Source of the DNA: Candidatus Hermodarchaeota archaeon
Lineage (GTDB): Archaea; Asgardarchaeota; Lokiarchaeia; Sigyniarchaeales; SOKP01
DNA length: 23,311 bases
NCBI GenBank assembly: GCA_048885925.1
Contig: JBHLLG010000043.1
Span: 1 to 23,311 of the forward strand
Direction of reading: 5' to 3'
Shown: in pieces, positions 8,205 through 16,967 of the stretch
How positions within the stretch are numbered: the first letter of the stretch is position 1
How the letters are laid out: every line of letters begins with the position of its first letter
The notes under the pieces: model-generated
The model's database searches: none
Told to the model about the DNA's origin: nothing
What the model saw: the letters and a program-made list of their open reading frames with translations, nothing else
Program-made: the position numbers and the translations under genes

Positions 8205-10544
8205 ATGGGGATATTTAAAAATCGTAAGAAGATCATCAGGTATCTTTTTTATTCAATATTAAGTGTTATATGTCTTACATTTCTTTGGATAATTGTTTTT
8301 CCGAGCAGTATGGGAGGATTTTTTATATTCTTTGCCTTTGGATTTTATTATCTAACATCAACTAACATTTTTAGTAATATTATTATAAGTCTATTTTTGA
8401 TTTATTTATCATATAAGATTTTTAGCTTAAAGACTAATAAAAATAGGAAAACAAAAAAATTTCCAAAACTATTTCTTTTATTTCTAATACTAATCTTACC
8501 CCAATTTTTTATATCTGAACAAAATCATCCTTCTCCAAAATTAAGTCAAGGGGATTGGGCATTTTCAATGAGAACTAATTTCAATCGCACAATCGATTTA
8601 TTTGAAACATTTAACGCAACAGAGGGATATCTACAAAGAAAGGCTATATATTTAAGTGGTACTAACGAGAGTAACCATGTTTATGCTCAACCTGCTCGCG
8701 TTTATCAGGGTTTGAATGTTAGTGAAATTGATATTGAGTTATCTCTAAATAGAATTTATAATTTTCAGGATTGTCTTGATTTTACATTGAATTCTCTTGT
8801 GCGTCTAATTTATATTGACTTAAATAGAAGTATATTAAGTTCAACAATAAAAAATAAAGTGTGTGATGCTTTTGGTAAAACACAGTATTGGTATACCGAA
8901 GGAAGAAGAAGTAATCAGATATTTTATACAGAAAATCACCAAATTCTTTATTATACTGCCGAATTGCTCATAGGGCAACTATTTCCAAATACTACTTTCA
9001 TTAATTCAAATACGAATGGAATTGAACATGTAAATCACGCGTTACCGTTAATAAAGAGATGGCTTGATTGGAGAGCACAATTTGGATTTTCGGAATGGCA
9101 CACTGATACATATTATATACAAGATATTGCTGCACTTGTTAATTTAGTAGACTTTTCAGAAGATCCTGAAATTATTAGCAAAGCAGCTATGGTATTGGAT
9201 ATTATAGCTTTTGACTTCGCCAATAATTATTTCAAGAATAGGTTCGCTACGACTCATGGTCGTGTTTATGATCGCACAAAAGTAGGAAAAAGCATAGATT
9301 CTCCAGCTTCTCGTGATAGCACTTCGGAGGTTGCATGGATTATGTTAGGTATTGGAGAGCATAATCCTAATGATAGAAATAATCTTGCTGCAATTGCTCT
9401 AGCTACAAGTGATCATTATGCCCCTCCACCTATATTAGAAGATATAGCTAATAATGCAACTCTGTATAATGAACACAAGGAACGTAATAGTATAAATATG
9501 AGTGACGGGCCGGTTTACAACCTAAATTATAATGAAGAGGATCTTATGTTCTGGTTGGGAATGACCGCAGTGTACGCTTCCCAAACAATTAAAGAAAACT
9601 TTAATTTTGTTGACAAGTACAATATAAAGTCAGATACAATTTATGGTCCTAAACTTCTTGCAGATTTTTTCAAGATAGCTTCTTTTTTACATGGAATAAC
9701 TCTTAATCAATACTCCAATAAAATGAAAATAATAACTCAGGGCATCTGTTTAGAAACTTCAAATACATATACCTATCGAACGCCATATTATCAACTTTCT
9801 GGGTCCCAAGATCATCAAAAGGGTATGAATAGTTATCAAGAACACATTTGGCAAGCCACTTTAGATGATAATGCATTTGTATATACTAATTCACCTGGTG
9901 GTGTTACTAAAGAACTTGAACAAGAATATGTTGGTGGATGGAATCCACGTGCAACATTATTCAAAAATGTAGGTATTATCCAATATGACCGTGAAACATT
10001 ACCTCTAGAAGGAGAACTACTTCTATACTTTCTTAACCTTTTTATAAACAAGAAGTTTTATCAACATGCCTATTTTCCACGTTGGGCTTTTGATGAAGTA
10101 AAACAATATGGAAAGTGGATCTTCGGCGCAAAGGGGGATGGATATATCGCTTTATATTCATATCAAGATACTTATTGGGCTTCAGATTTTGAACTTCGAG
10201 TTAATGGATTTAAAAATGTGTGGATTGTAGAACTAGGGAGTGTTGATGAATTTGGTTCATTTGCTCAATTCATATCAGAGATTCGACAATCTGATATAGA
10301 AATTGATCCACTTGCTATGGGTTATAATGTTCGCTATATTTCGCCAATACAAGGTCCTGTTAGTGTATCATGGGATGGACCGATGCATGTAAATGATATT
10401 AAAGTTGATTTAGGTCCATATCCTCGTTTTGATAATGATTATTGTTATCAACCATTCGGTACAAAAACAATGACAATAAATTTTGAGAATCAGAGTCTAG
10501 AGTTAGATTTTAATTCCATTTCAAGAATTTATCAAATACATTAA
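8205..10544 (+). CDS. Large membrane-anchored extracellular protein, putative glycan-active enzyme (heparinase II/III-like architecture inferred)
   Basis: Hydrophobic N-terminal helices, at least 9 N-x-S/T sequons, a helical N-terminal half with TENHQIL and GFSEWHTDTYY, and a beta-rich C-terminal half (YRTPYYQLS, QEHIWQATL). The CDS is certain; the function is inferred. Confidence 0.55.
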   Translation: MGIFKNRKKIIRYLFYSILSVICLTFLWIIVFPSSMGGFFIFFAFGFYYLTSTNIFSNIIISLFLIYLSYKIFSLKTNKNRKTKKFPKLFLLFLILILPQFFISEQNHPSPKLSQGDWAFSMRTNFNRTIDLFETFNATEGYLQRKAIYLSGTNESNHVYAQPARVYQGLNVSEIDIELSLNRIYNFQDCLDFTLNSLVRLIYIDLNRSILSSTIKNKVCDAFGKTQYWYTEGRRSNQIFYTENHQILYYTAELLIGQLFPNTTFINSNTNGIEHVNHALPLIKRWLDWRAQFGFSEWHTDTYYIQDIAALVNLVDFSEDPEIISKAAMVLDIIAFDFANNYFKNRFATTHGRVYDRTKVGKSIDSPASRDSTSEVAWIMLGIGEHNPNDRNNLAAIALATSDHYAPPPILEDIANNATLYNEHKERNSINMSDGPVYNLNYNEEDLMFWLGMTAVYASQTIKENFNFVDKYNIKSDTIYGPKLLADFFKIASFLHGITLNQYSNKMKIITQGICLETSNTYTYRTPYYQLSGSQDHQKGMNSYQEHIWQATLDDNAFVYTNSPGGVTKELEQEYVGGWNPRATLFKNVGIIQYDRETLPLEGELLLYFLNLFINKKFYQHAYFPRWAFDEVKQYGKWIFGAKGDGYIALYSYQDTYWASDFELRVNGFKNVWIVELGSVDEFGSFAQFISEIRQSDIEIDPLAMGYNVRYISPIQGPVSVSWDGPMHVNDIKVDLGPYPRFDNDYCYQPFGTKTMTINFENQSLELDFNSISRIYQIH

Positions 10545-10555
10545 GTAAAGAGAGA

Positions 10556-11428
10556 ATGACCAAATTGAGAGTTAGAAAATATCTTAAAATAGCCAAACCA
10601 TGTGTAAAGGGCAGTATATTGGTCCTATTTGGTATTTTTAATTCTCGTTCAGGCATTGGGGTTGAGATATTTACCATTAATCTTATTTATGGTCCTTTAG
10701 CTTATTTATTTTTAGCTTTTTCTGGCATTATGGTAATTAAATTACTTCAAATTATAAATAATCCCTCATCTGAAAGTAAAATATCTCTAAAACAAGCTGT
10801 ATTGTTATCGATAACACTTTACTTTATTGGACTTATTTTAATTCTTGTAAATGTAGTTATTAACCTAACAATTTATTATCTCAATATTCCGATTATACTT
10901 TTGACTATTGGAATAGGTATATTTTGGTTTTTTCTAGGGTTTTATGGTTTCAAAAACAAAAAAAGTATAGTAACTTTAAATATATTAATTGTGGTCCTTA
11001 TCTTTTCTATTGGATTAATTTACGGTGCTTTTTTGAATACTCTTTTAATTCCTATTTATCTTTATTTTTTCTTCCTTTTAGTTTTCTTCCTTCAATTAAC
11101 ACGAGAAGTTACAAAAGGATTTATAAAAGGACGTAAAATAGAAGAATTCATGAATTGGGAAATTCTGTATAATCAAGGAAAGATCTTAAAGTATTCTTTA
11201 GGTTTTGAATTTTTAGCAATTATCTTTCTTATATTCTCTTTAGTTTCTAATATTTCTTATTCTGTTTCATTTCTTTTTCTTATGATTTGTGGTATTTTTG
11301 TTATAAGTTTTGCTATAATCATGACTCTCGAAAGTATATTAGAGAAAAAAGTAATTTTTAGGATAAGTACAATAATAAAAATTGATATTCTTATCATTTT
11401 AGGAGCAATTCTTATACTCGGGAGCTGA
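10556..11428 (+). CDS. UbiA/DGGGP-synthase-like membrane protein lacking the Asp-rich catalytic motifs
   Basis: About 290 aa with 8-9 TM helices. KYLKIAKP recalls YL.L.RP, KISLKQA recalls G.IS.K.A, and LTREVTKG recalls LAREI.KD.ED. Confidence 0.6.
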   Translation: MTKLRVRKYLKIAKPCVKGSILVLFGIFNSRSGIGVEIFTINLIYGPLAYLFLAFSGIMVIKLLQIINNPSSESKISLKQAVLLSITLYFIGLILILVNVVINLTIYYLNIPIILLTIGIGIFWFFLGFYGFKNKKSIVTLNILIVVLIFSIGLIYGAFLNTLLIPIYLYFFFLLVFFLQLTREVTKGFIKGRKIEEFMNWEILYNQGKILKYSLGFEFLAIIFLIFSLVSNISYSVSFLFLMICGIFVISFAIIMTLESILEKKVIFRISTIIKIDILIILGAILILGS

Positions 11429-11648
11429 AAGAAATTTATAAAATCAAATCAAATTGATTATTATTGAATTTATAAGATTTGAATTAAGAATAATTTTCTT
11501 AATATATTGATAAGATTTAAGATAAATCGGCATTTTAATATAGAGTATGAAAGATTTATAAATTAGTATGAAATTTTTAAACTATATAAAAAATAAATAC
11601 TAACTCCAAAATTCTTAATTATAAATATCAAGATCTTGTTGACTTAAA

Positions 11649-12155
11649 ATGAATGTAAAAAGACACGAAGGTCATGAACGAGAAATGCCAAATTCTCATA
11701 TTTATCAGACTTCAATGCCAGTGGCATTTTTTATTATTTGGTTTTTAGACGCTAATCTCTTTAGAATTTCAACTTTTTTAAATGATTTTGTACCTTTTCT
11801 CGTTCGATTAATACTTTTTATTGTAATTTTAATAGGTGCTATTACTTTTATAATGGTGTCTCATCGAGTTTTGTTCCAATCACATGAACCCTCCACTAAG
11901 TTAATTACCAATGGAATTCTGGCTTATGTGAGAAATCCAATGTATTTTGGTATATTATTAATTTATGTGGCATTTATTTTTTTGTCGATTTCGTTAATTT
12001 GCATTGGGCTCTTTATTATAATCTTTTTAGTTTATAATATGATGATTAATTTCGAAGAGAGTATTCTTGAAAATATGTTTGGTGAACAATATTTAGATTA
12101 TAAAAGTAAAGTTTCAAAATTTATTCCAAATCCAATTAAAAGGTACAAGAAATAA
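11649..12155 (+). CDS. Isoprenylcysteine carboxyl methyltransferase (ICMT/Ste14/PEMT) family membrane methyltransferase
   Basis: LITNGILAYVRNPMYFG and EESILENMFGEQYLDYKSKVSKFIP signatures. Confidence 0.9.
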   Translation: MNVKRHEGHEREMPNSHIYQTSMPVAFFIIWFLDANLFRISTFLNDFVPFLVRLILFIVILIGAITFIMVSHRVLFQSHEPSTKLITNGILAYVRNPMYFGILLIYVAFIFLSISLICIGLFIIIFLVYNMMINFEESILENMFGEQYLDYKSKVSKFIPNPIKRYKK

Positions 12156-12172
12156 AAAACAAAAGAAAATTA

Positions 12173-13510
12173 TTATTTATTCATTTCTTTTCTTCTTTTT
12201 TGCATTGCTATTCTTTTTTTTCTGAGCTTTTCGTAATAATAAAGCTTAGGATGTCGCTTAATATCAATATAACCAATTGAAAACAGCAAAATTGCTAATA
12301 TAACATTAGTAAATCCTATCAAGTGATATGAATCTAAATACAGAAATCCTATTGTTAAACTACCTAACTGTAAAAAAGCTGTAGCAATTAAGGGTGCAAC
12401 AGTTTGAGAAACTGCTTGAAGGTTGGTTGACCATCCACTTAATGCTCCCTGCTTGTCAACCCCAACTGCTTTAGTCATGTTAGTTGTAATAAGAGGCCTC
12501 ATAAAAGCAACACAGAAAGAATAAGGCAAAATGAAGATAAAAACCATCCAAAGTTCAAATAAGTAAGGGTATGTTAGGAAAGTAATAATCATTATTATAA
12601 AAGTGGTAATTAGAAGCCTTTTTTCACCAATCATTTTAATTAGTGGTTTTATTAAAAAACCACCATAAATCATAACCGCCAAACCTGCTGCAGCCATAAC
12701 TAAACCTGTCATAGATGGATCAGCATTGTATCTCTTATAGAGTACTAATGTAAAACTTGAAGTAAAAATGAAACTTATTAAGGAAAGTAGAAAGATTTGT
12801 ATCATTCGACTTATTACTTCATTATTCCAAATAGTACTTTTTTCTCCATTATTGGTTTGAGTAATTAGAATTTGAGTTTTAATTTCAGTTCTTCTTTCTT
12901 CTGGCATACTTTCAACGATTATTTTTATGGTCATAATAATTGATAGAATAGATAAAGAACTTGCGAAAAAAGCAGGAAATCGCCAATGCATGGCTCCCAA
13001 AAATCCACCAACCAAAGGACCTATTGTCATACCCATAGTATAACCGACCATTATTTTACCCATGTGTGTAGCTCTTGTTTGGGGGGTCGTTATGTCTGTT
13101 ATATATGCTCGAATGACCGGAATTTGACCGCCAAAAATCCCATCTAAAATACGAGCAAAAAGAATAATATAAATAGTATTTGATAATCCTAAAAATAAAA
13201 AAGAAACACATGTACCTGCTTGTGAAATCACTAAAATCGGTTTACGTCCATACTTATCGCTCAATTTTCCCCATATTGGGATGAAAATTAAAGAAGCAAA
13301 TGCATTTGATGAAATAAGAATTCCAATCACAAAATCTGAGGCTCCAAAATCTTTCGCAATAATTGGTAATAAAGGAAGAACCATAGTATATCCAAATACG
13401 TCCAGAAGGATACTAAGGATAATAGTGAACATTGCCCGTTTCTGATTTATTTTAAATTTCTCCAAATATTTTAAATGATCTTGCTTGTCGTGAAAGTTTG
13501 GAGCTACCAT
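12173..13510 (-). CDS. MFS transporter, TetA/DHA1-like
   Basis: Motif A GKLSDKYGRKP, ARILDGIFGG, AYITD and GPLVGG; about 12 TM helices. Start moved to ATG 13510 (MVAPN), because the ORF-track extension to 13615 would leave only 13 bp for the divergent promoters. Confidence 0.9.
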   Translation of the reverse strand: MVAPNFHDKQDHLKYLEKFKINQKRAMFTIILSILLDVFGYTMVLPLLPIIAKDFGASDFVIGILISSNAFASLIFIPIWGKLSDKYGRKPILVISQAGTCVSFLFLGLSNTIYIILFARILDGIFGGQIPVIRAYITDITTPQTRATHMGKIMVGYTMGMTIGPLVGGFLGAMHWRFPAFFASSLSILSIIMTIKIIVESMPEERRTEIKTQILITQTNNGEKSTIWNNEVISRMIQIFLLSLISFIFTSSFTLVLYKRYNADPSMTGLVMAAAGLAVMIYGGFLIKPLIKMIGEKRLLITTFIIMIITFLTYPYLFELWMVFIFILPYSFCVAFMRPLITTNMTKAVGVDKQGALSGWSTNLQAVSQTVAPLIATAFLQLGSLTIGFLYLDSYHLIGFTNVILAILLFSIGYIDIKRHPKLYYYEKLRKKRIAMQKRRKEMNK

Positions 13511-13628
13511 TATATTCTTAAAAAATGAAGATATATTAAGAAGTTTTATTATGTATATTTTGTATAAGATTGTATAATTTTTCTGAAATCGGTTGAGGTA
13601 TTTCAGGTTTTTCAATTAAGGGTTTTAA

Positions 13629-14624
13629 ATGTCTGAAGAGATTTTAAGAGAAGTAATAGGATTAGCTAAAAAGTCAAAATGGAATCAAATAAAGAAATTT
13701 ATTAAAGAGATAGTTCAAAAAACCTTAAAAAGAGAGAAAGGATATAACCTAACGGCTTTAGATGTATCTATTAATGGAAAAAAAAAACCCAAAGTTGAAG
13801 TTTTAATTAACAATAAAGAAAAAATTAAAGAAATAGATAAAATCAGTGATTTTAATCACCTCGTCCTCTTTCAAGCTACCCAAAACTCGAACAATATGAT
13901 AGAAGTTTCACAAAATAATGGCACACTGGTAATATTGGCAAAATTTTTAGGTCCAAGCCCTAATAATCATCAAATATTTGACTTTTCAGTTCATTTAAAT
14001 GCATTAGATGAACCATTTTTTACAATCGGTAGTGGAGAGAAAATTAATAGTTCTGAAATTTTAAAATTGATTAATAAGAAAGTGGAACCAAAAGCTAAAC
14101 CTAAAAAAGAGATAAAAAAGAAAGTGCCAGAGCAGGTAAAAATTACAAAAGTTCTCAATATTGAAGAATTTGTATTTGAAAATTTAACAAATAAAAAAGC
14201 TATTTGGAACGGAGATGAAACAAAAGCATTTCAGAATTGGAAAGCAAAAGTTAAAAATAAATATCAAATAGAATCAGGAAAAATTACTCACTATAAAGGA
14301 AAACCTACAGCTTCCTTTTCGAAATATTTAGAAAATTTTTATAAAAGCGAAGAAATTAAAAAAAAGCGAAAACCAAAAAAGAAAGTAGAAAAGAGTGTAC
14401 CACCTTCAAAGAAAGTCAGTAAAGAATTCTCCGAAAAATTGACATTTGAAACTTTGACTGGTAAGAATGCTATATGGAATGGAGCTGAAACTAAAAACTT
14501 TAAAGATTGGAAACAAAGAATTCATAAAAAATTTAATAAAGAAACAGGTAAAAATCCATTTTATAGAGGAAAATTAACTCATAATTTTGAAAAATATCTT
14601 AATAATCTTATTAAGTTAAAATGA
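13629..14624 (+). CDS. Lys-rich hypothetical protein with a duplicated C-terminal repeat module
   Basis: 331-aa ORF with host-like codon usage and a clear internal duplication. Confidence 0.85.
   Translation: MSEEILREVIGLAKKSKWNQIKKFIKEIVQKTLKREKGYNLTALDVSINGKKKPKVEVLINNKEKIKEIDKISDFNHLVLFQATQNSNNMIEVSQNNGTLVILAKFLGPSPNNHQIFDFSVHLNALDEPFFTIGSGEKINSSEILKLINKKVEPKAKPKKEIKKKVPEQVKITKVLNIEEFVFENLTNKKAIWNGDETKAFQNWKAKVKNKYQIESGKITHYKGKPTASFSKYLENFYKSEEIKKKRKPKKKVEKSVPPSKKVSKEFSEKLTFETLTGKNAIWNGAETKNFKDWKQRIHKKFNKETGKNPFYRGKLTHNFEKYLNNLIKLK
14175..14600 (+). repeat. Intragenic repeat: two 52-aa units (14175-14330 and 14445-14600), each with two copies of a ~22-aa motif
   Basis: FENLTNKKAIWNGDETKAFQNW / YQIESGKITHYKGKPTASFSKY / FETLTGKNAIWNGAETKNFKDW / FNKETGKNPFYRGKLTHNFEKY. 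The two units are offset by 270 nt. Confidence 0.9.
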
Positions 14625-14645
14625 GCAAGGTTAATACTTAATTAG

Positions 14646-15278
14646 TTATTTCTTGAGGGCTTTCTCTAAAATAATTTTATTTGATTTTGGATAATATCGA
14701 GCATAGTTTAATATTTTCTCTTCAGAAATTCCATCTAATAATTTTATGAGTTCAATTAAGATTCTATTTTCATTCATATTATTGTAATCCCATAAATAAA
14801 GCAAATCTAAAATTGTTTTTTCATGATCTGAGTATCTTATCTTGTTTTTTATTATTCCAAAATTGAAAAAAGAATTTTTAAAGATCAAAAATCTGAATTT
14901 TTTTCCCAAAATCTTGATTGGATTATCTCTTACTATTTGATTATTGATTAAATAAAGAAATTCAGCTTGATTGTCATAATTGACTTTGTTGAGGTTCAAT
15001 GCCGTATAAAGACCAAAATACCAGTTCGTAACTTTTTTTAGTTTTAATACTTTAGCAATTAATTCTAAAGTTGAATACTGGATTTCTTTTTTAATAAACT
15101 CCTCATCAGACTTCACATAATAAATATCATCCAAAACATTTAATAGATGCCCTCTTGAAATTAAATAGTCACCAATAGTTCTGTAATTGAAGTATAATTC
15201 TTTACAATATTCTCTTAACTCTTCAGAATTGACAAATTCCTTATTATCTTTTTTTATCTTCTCAAGAACTCGATGCAT
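14646..15278 (-). CDS. AbiEi-like (type IV toxin-antitoxin antitoxin / transcriptional regulator) protein
   Basis: N-terminal winged-helix-like segment (YLISRGHLLNVLDDIYYV), WYFGLYTAL and YSDHEKTILDLLY, which match the AbiEi C-terminal domain pattern. Confidence 0.7.
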   Translation of the reverse strand: MHRVLEKIKKDNKEFVNSEELREYCKELYFNYRTIGDYLISRGHLLNVLDDIYYVKSDEEFIKKEIQYSTLELIAKVLKLKKVTNWYFGLYTALNLNKVNYDNQAEFLYLINNQIVRDNPIKILGKKFRFLIFKNSFFNFGIIKNKIRYSDHEKTILDLLYLWDYNNMNENRILIELIKLLDGISEEKILNYARYYPKSNKIILEKALKK

Positions 15279-15469
15279 GAATCAGACTTAAAGGTTTAAT
15301 TAAATTTAAAAAAAAAAAGGGTAAATTTTATTTCGATATTTTTATATAAGATAACTTTACTTTTATGTTTTTTATAAAAAACATTGAATAATTAAAAAAA
15401 GAGATTAGAAAAATTTTTTTTCCTTTTCTTATAAATCAAATCAACCAATAAGGTTCTAAAATTTTATAG

Positions 15470-16774
15470 TTATCTATAATCCAATATAAGATATTTCCTT
15501 GTATACCACCAAGAAATTATTAAGATTAAAGAACAAAATGGACCCCATAGGATTAATCCCATTGAAAAAGATGAGGACCCAACCTCAATATCTGGTAGTT
15601 CATTTATAATTCCTAATAAAAATACTCCAATTGCTTGAAAAATGTTTAAAAAAATCGATGGAAGCCCCATATAAGTTCCAGCTTTTAATTCTCCAGTTGT
15701 TTTTTCATCATACTCAGCTAAATCAGCAAAAATAACAGCAGGTAATAGATACCATCCACCTAAAGGCGCCCCAATTCCGATCATAAAAAGTAAACCAAAT
15801 AATAGATAATTATTCGTTTGAATTAAACCCAATAATGTAGTTGGAAGAATTAAAACCGCTAATATAAAAATGTACAATACAGTCTGTTTTTTTCCGTACT
15901 TTTTAATTATTCTCCTCCAAATATCTAGGAAAAGTATAATACACACAAATTCAGTAATCATAATTAATAAATATCCACTAAGATCCATATTTAAAACCAA
16001 TTCATAAAATGGAAGAATTTGTGCTAATATAATAACCCATGCCATACTAGAGAAGGCAATCATAAGATTAATAGCCATGAAATTTTTATTTTTTATACTT
16101 ACTTTTAAAATATTGAGGAGTGTCGATTTAATTTCAACTTTCGGCTCTATTGGCATAAAAAAGGCATTGATATAAAAAAGGGCTACAGTAATAATACCAA
16201 AAAGGAATATAGGGAGAGCAAAATAGTATGGAAGAATATTTGGTGTACTTGAAATTAGATCAAAAACCTGTGTTAAAACTAAGAAAGAAAAAATCCAATA
16301 AGTTGAAGTTCCCAAGAGATTAAAAATGCTCTGGATTTGAGAAACTCTCGGTCGCTCATCAATATCAAATTGCTCAGCTAACCAGGCTTGATATGGAGTA
16401 GTTACACCATAACTTGCCTTAAATATAATTTCCCAAATTAATAACCAAATGAATAAATCTACTTTATTATTCAAATCAGGTAAGAGCAACGAAGGTAACA
16501 TTAGAAAAATGAAAGATATACCTATTAACGGAGCAAATATAATAATATATGGTTTTCTCCTGCCCCATTTAGTATATTTGATATCACTTATCCATCCAAA
16601 CAAAAATGAGAAAAGGGCAATACTAATATAGCCGATACTAATCGCAAACCCAGCAAGAAAAGGAGATAGATTATACCCAATAGTATATAAAGCAAATACA
16701 CTAAATCCTTCAATTCCAAGTACTATTGTCAATCCTATTCTTGGCATTCCAAAAATAAATGATTTTTTACTCAT
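15470..16774 (-). CDS. MFS_2 glycoside-pentoside-hexuronide (MelB-like) transporter
   Basis: GWISD...TKWGRRKPYI, PYQAWLAE, ADLAEYDEKTTGELKAGTY. Start is ATG 16774 or TTG 16783. Confidence 0.9.
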   Translation of the reverse strand: MSKKSFIFGMPRIGLTIVLGIEGFSVFALYTIGYNLSPFLAGFAISIGYISIALFSFLFGWISDIKYTKWGRRKPYIIIFAPLIGISFIFLMLPSLLLPDLNNKVDLFIWLLIWEIIFKASYGVTTPYQAWLAEQFDIDERPRVSQIQSIFNLLGTSTYWIFSFLVLTQVFDLISSTPNILPYYFALPIFLFGIITVALFYINAFFMPIEPKVEIKSTLLNILKVSIKNKNFMAINLMIAFSSMAWVIILAQILPFYELVLNMDLSGYLLIMITEFVCIILFLDIWRRIIKKYGKKQTVLYIFILAVLILPTTLLGLIQTNNYLLFGLLFMIGIGAPLGGWYLLPAVIFADLAEYDEKTTGELKAGTYMGLPSIFLNIFQAIGVFLLGIINELPDIEVGSSSFSMGLILWGPFCSLILIISWWYTRKYLILDYR

Positions 16775-16967
16775 AACAATCAAACCATTTTTTTCGCTTG
16801 TAGTTCATAATATTATATTTATATAAAATGTTAACTTTAATCCAGGACTGTATTAATTTTTTTTTTAATTTTCTAATTCTTTTCTACCAATATTTATAAA
16901 CTAAATCAAACTAGTTTCAATAGCAAGAAAAGAATAGAGAGCAAAAAGTGAGGAGCTGAATTCTAAA

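Noticed and set aside
11649-12155. ICMT-family gene as evidence of eukaryote-like protein prenylation
   Set aside because: The family is widespread in prokaryotes with other substrates, and nothing in the window indicates a CaaX pathway.
13511-13615. 35-aa N-terminal extension of the MFS transporter in the ORF track
   Set aside because: It starts at TTG, looks like AT-rich promoter DNA and would leave only 13 bp between divergent genes.
16774-16808. Possible frameshift or uORF at the start of the GPH transporter (out-of-frame ATG at 16808)
   Set aside because: Removing one A would give MTTSEKNGLIVMS..., but in-frame TTG 16783 and ATG 16774 already precede TM1, so no frameshift is needed. 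It cannot be resolved without reads.
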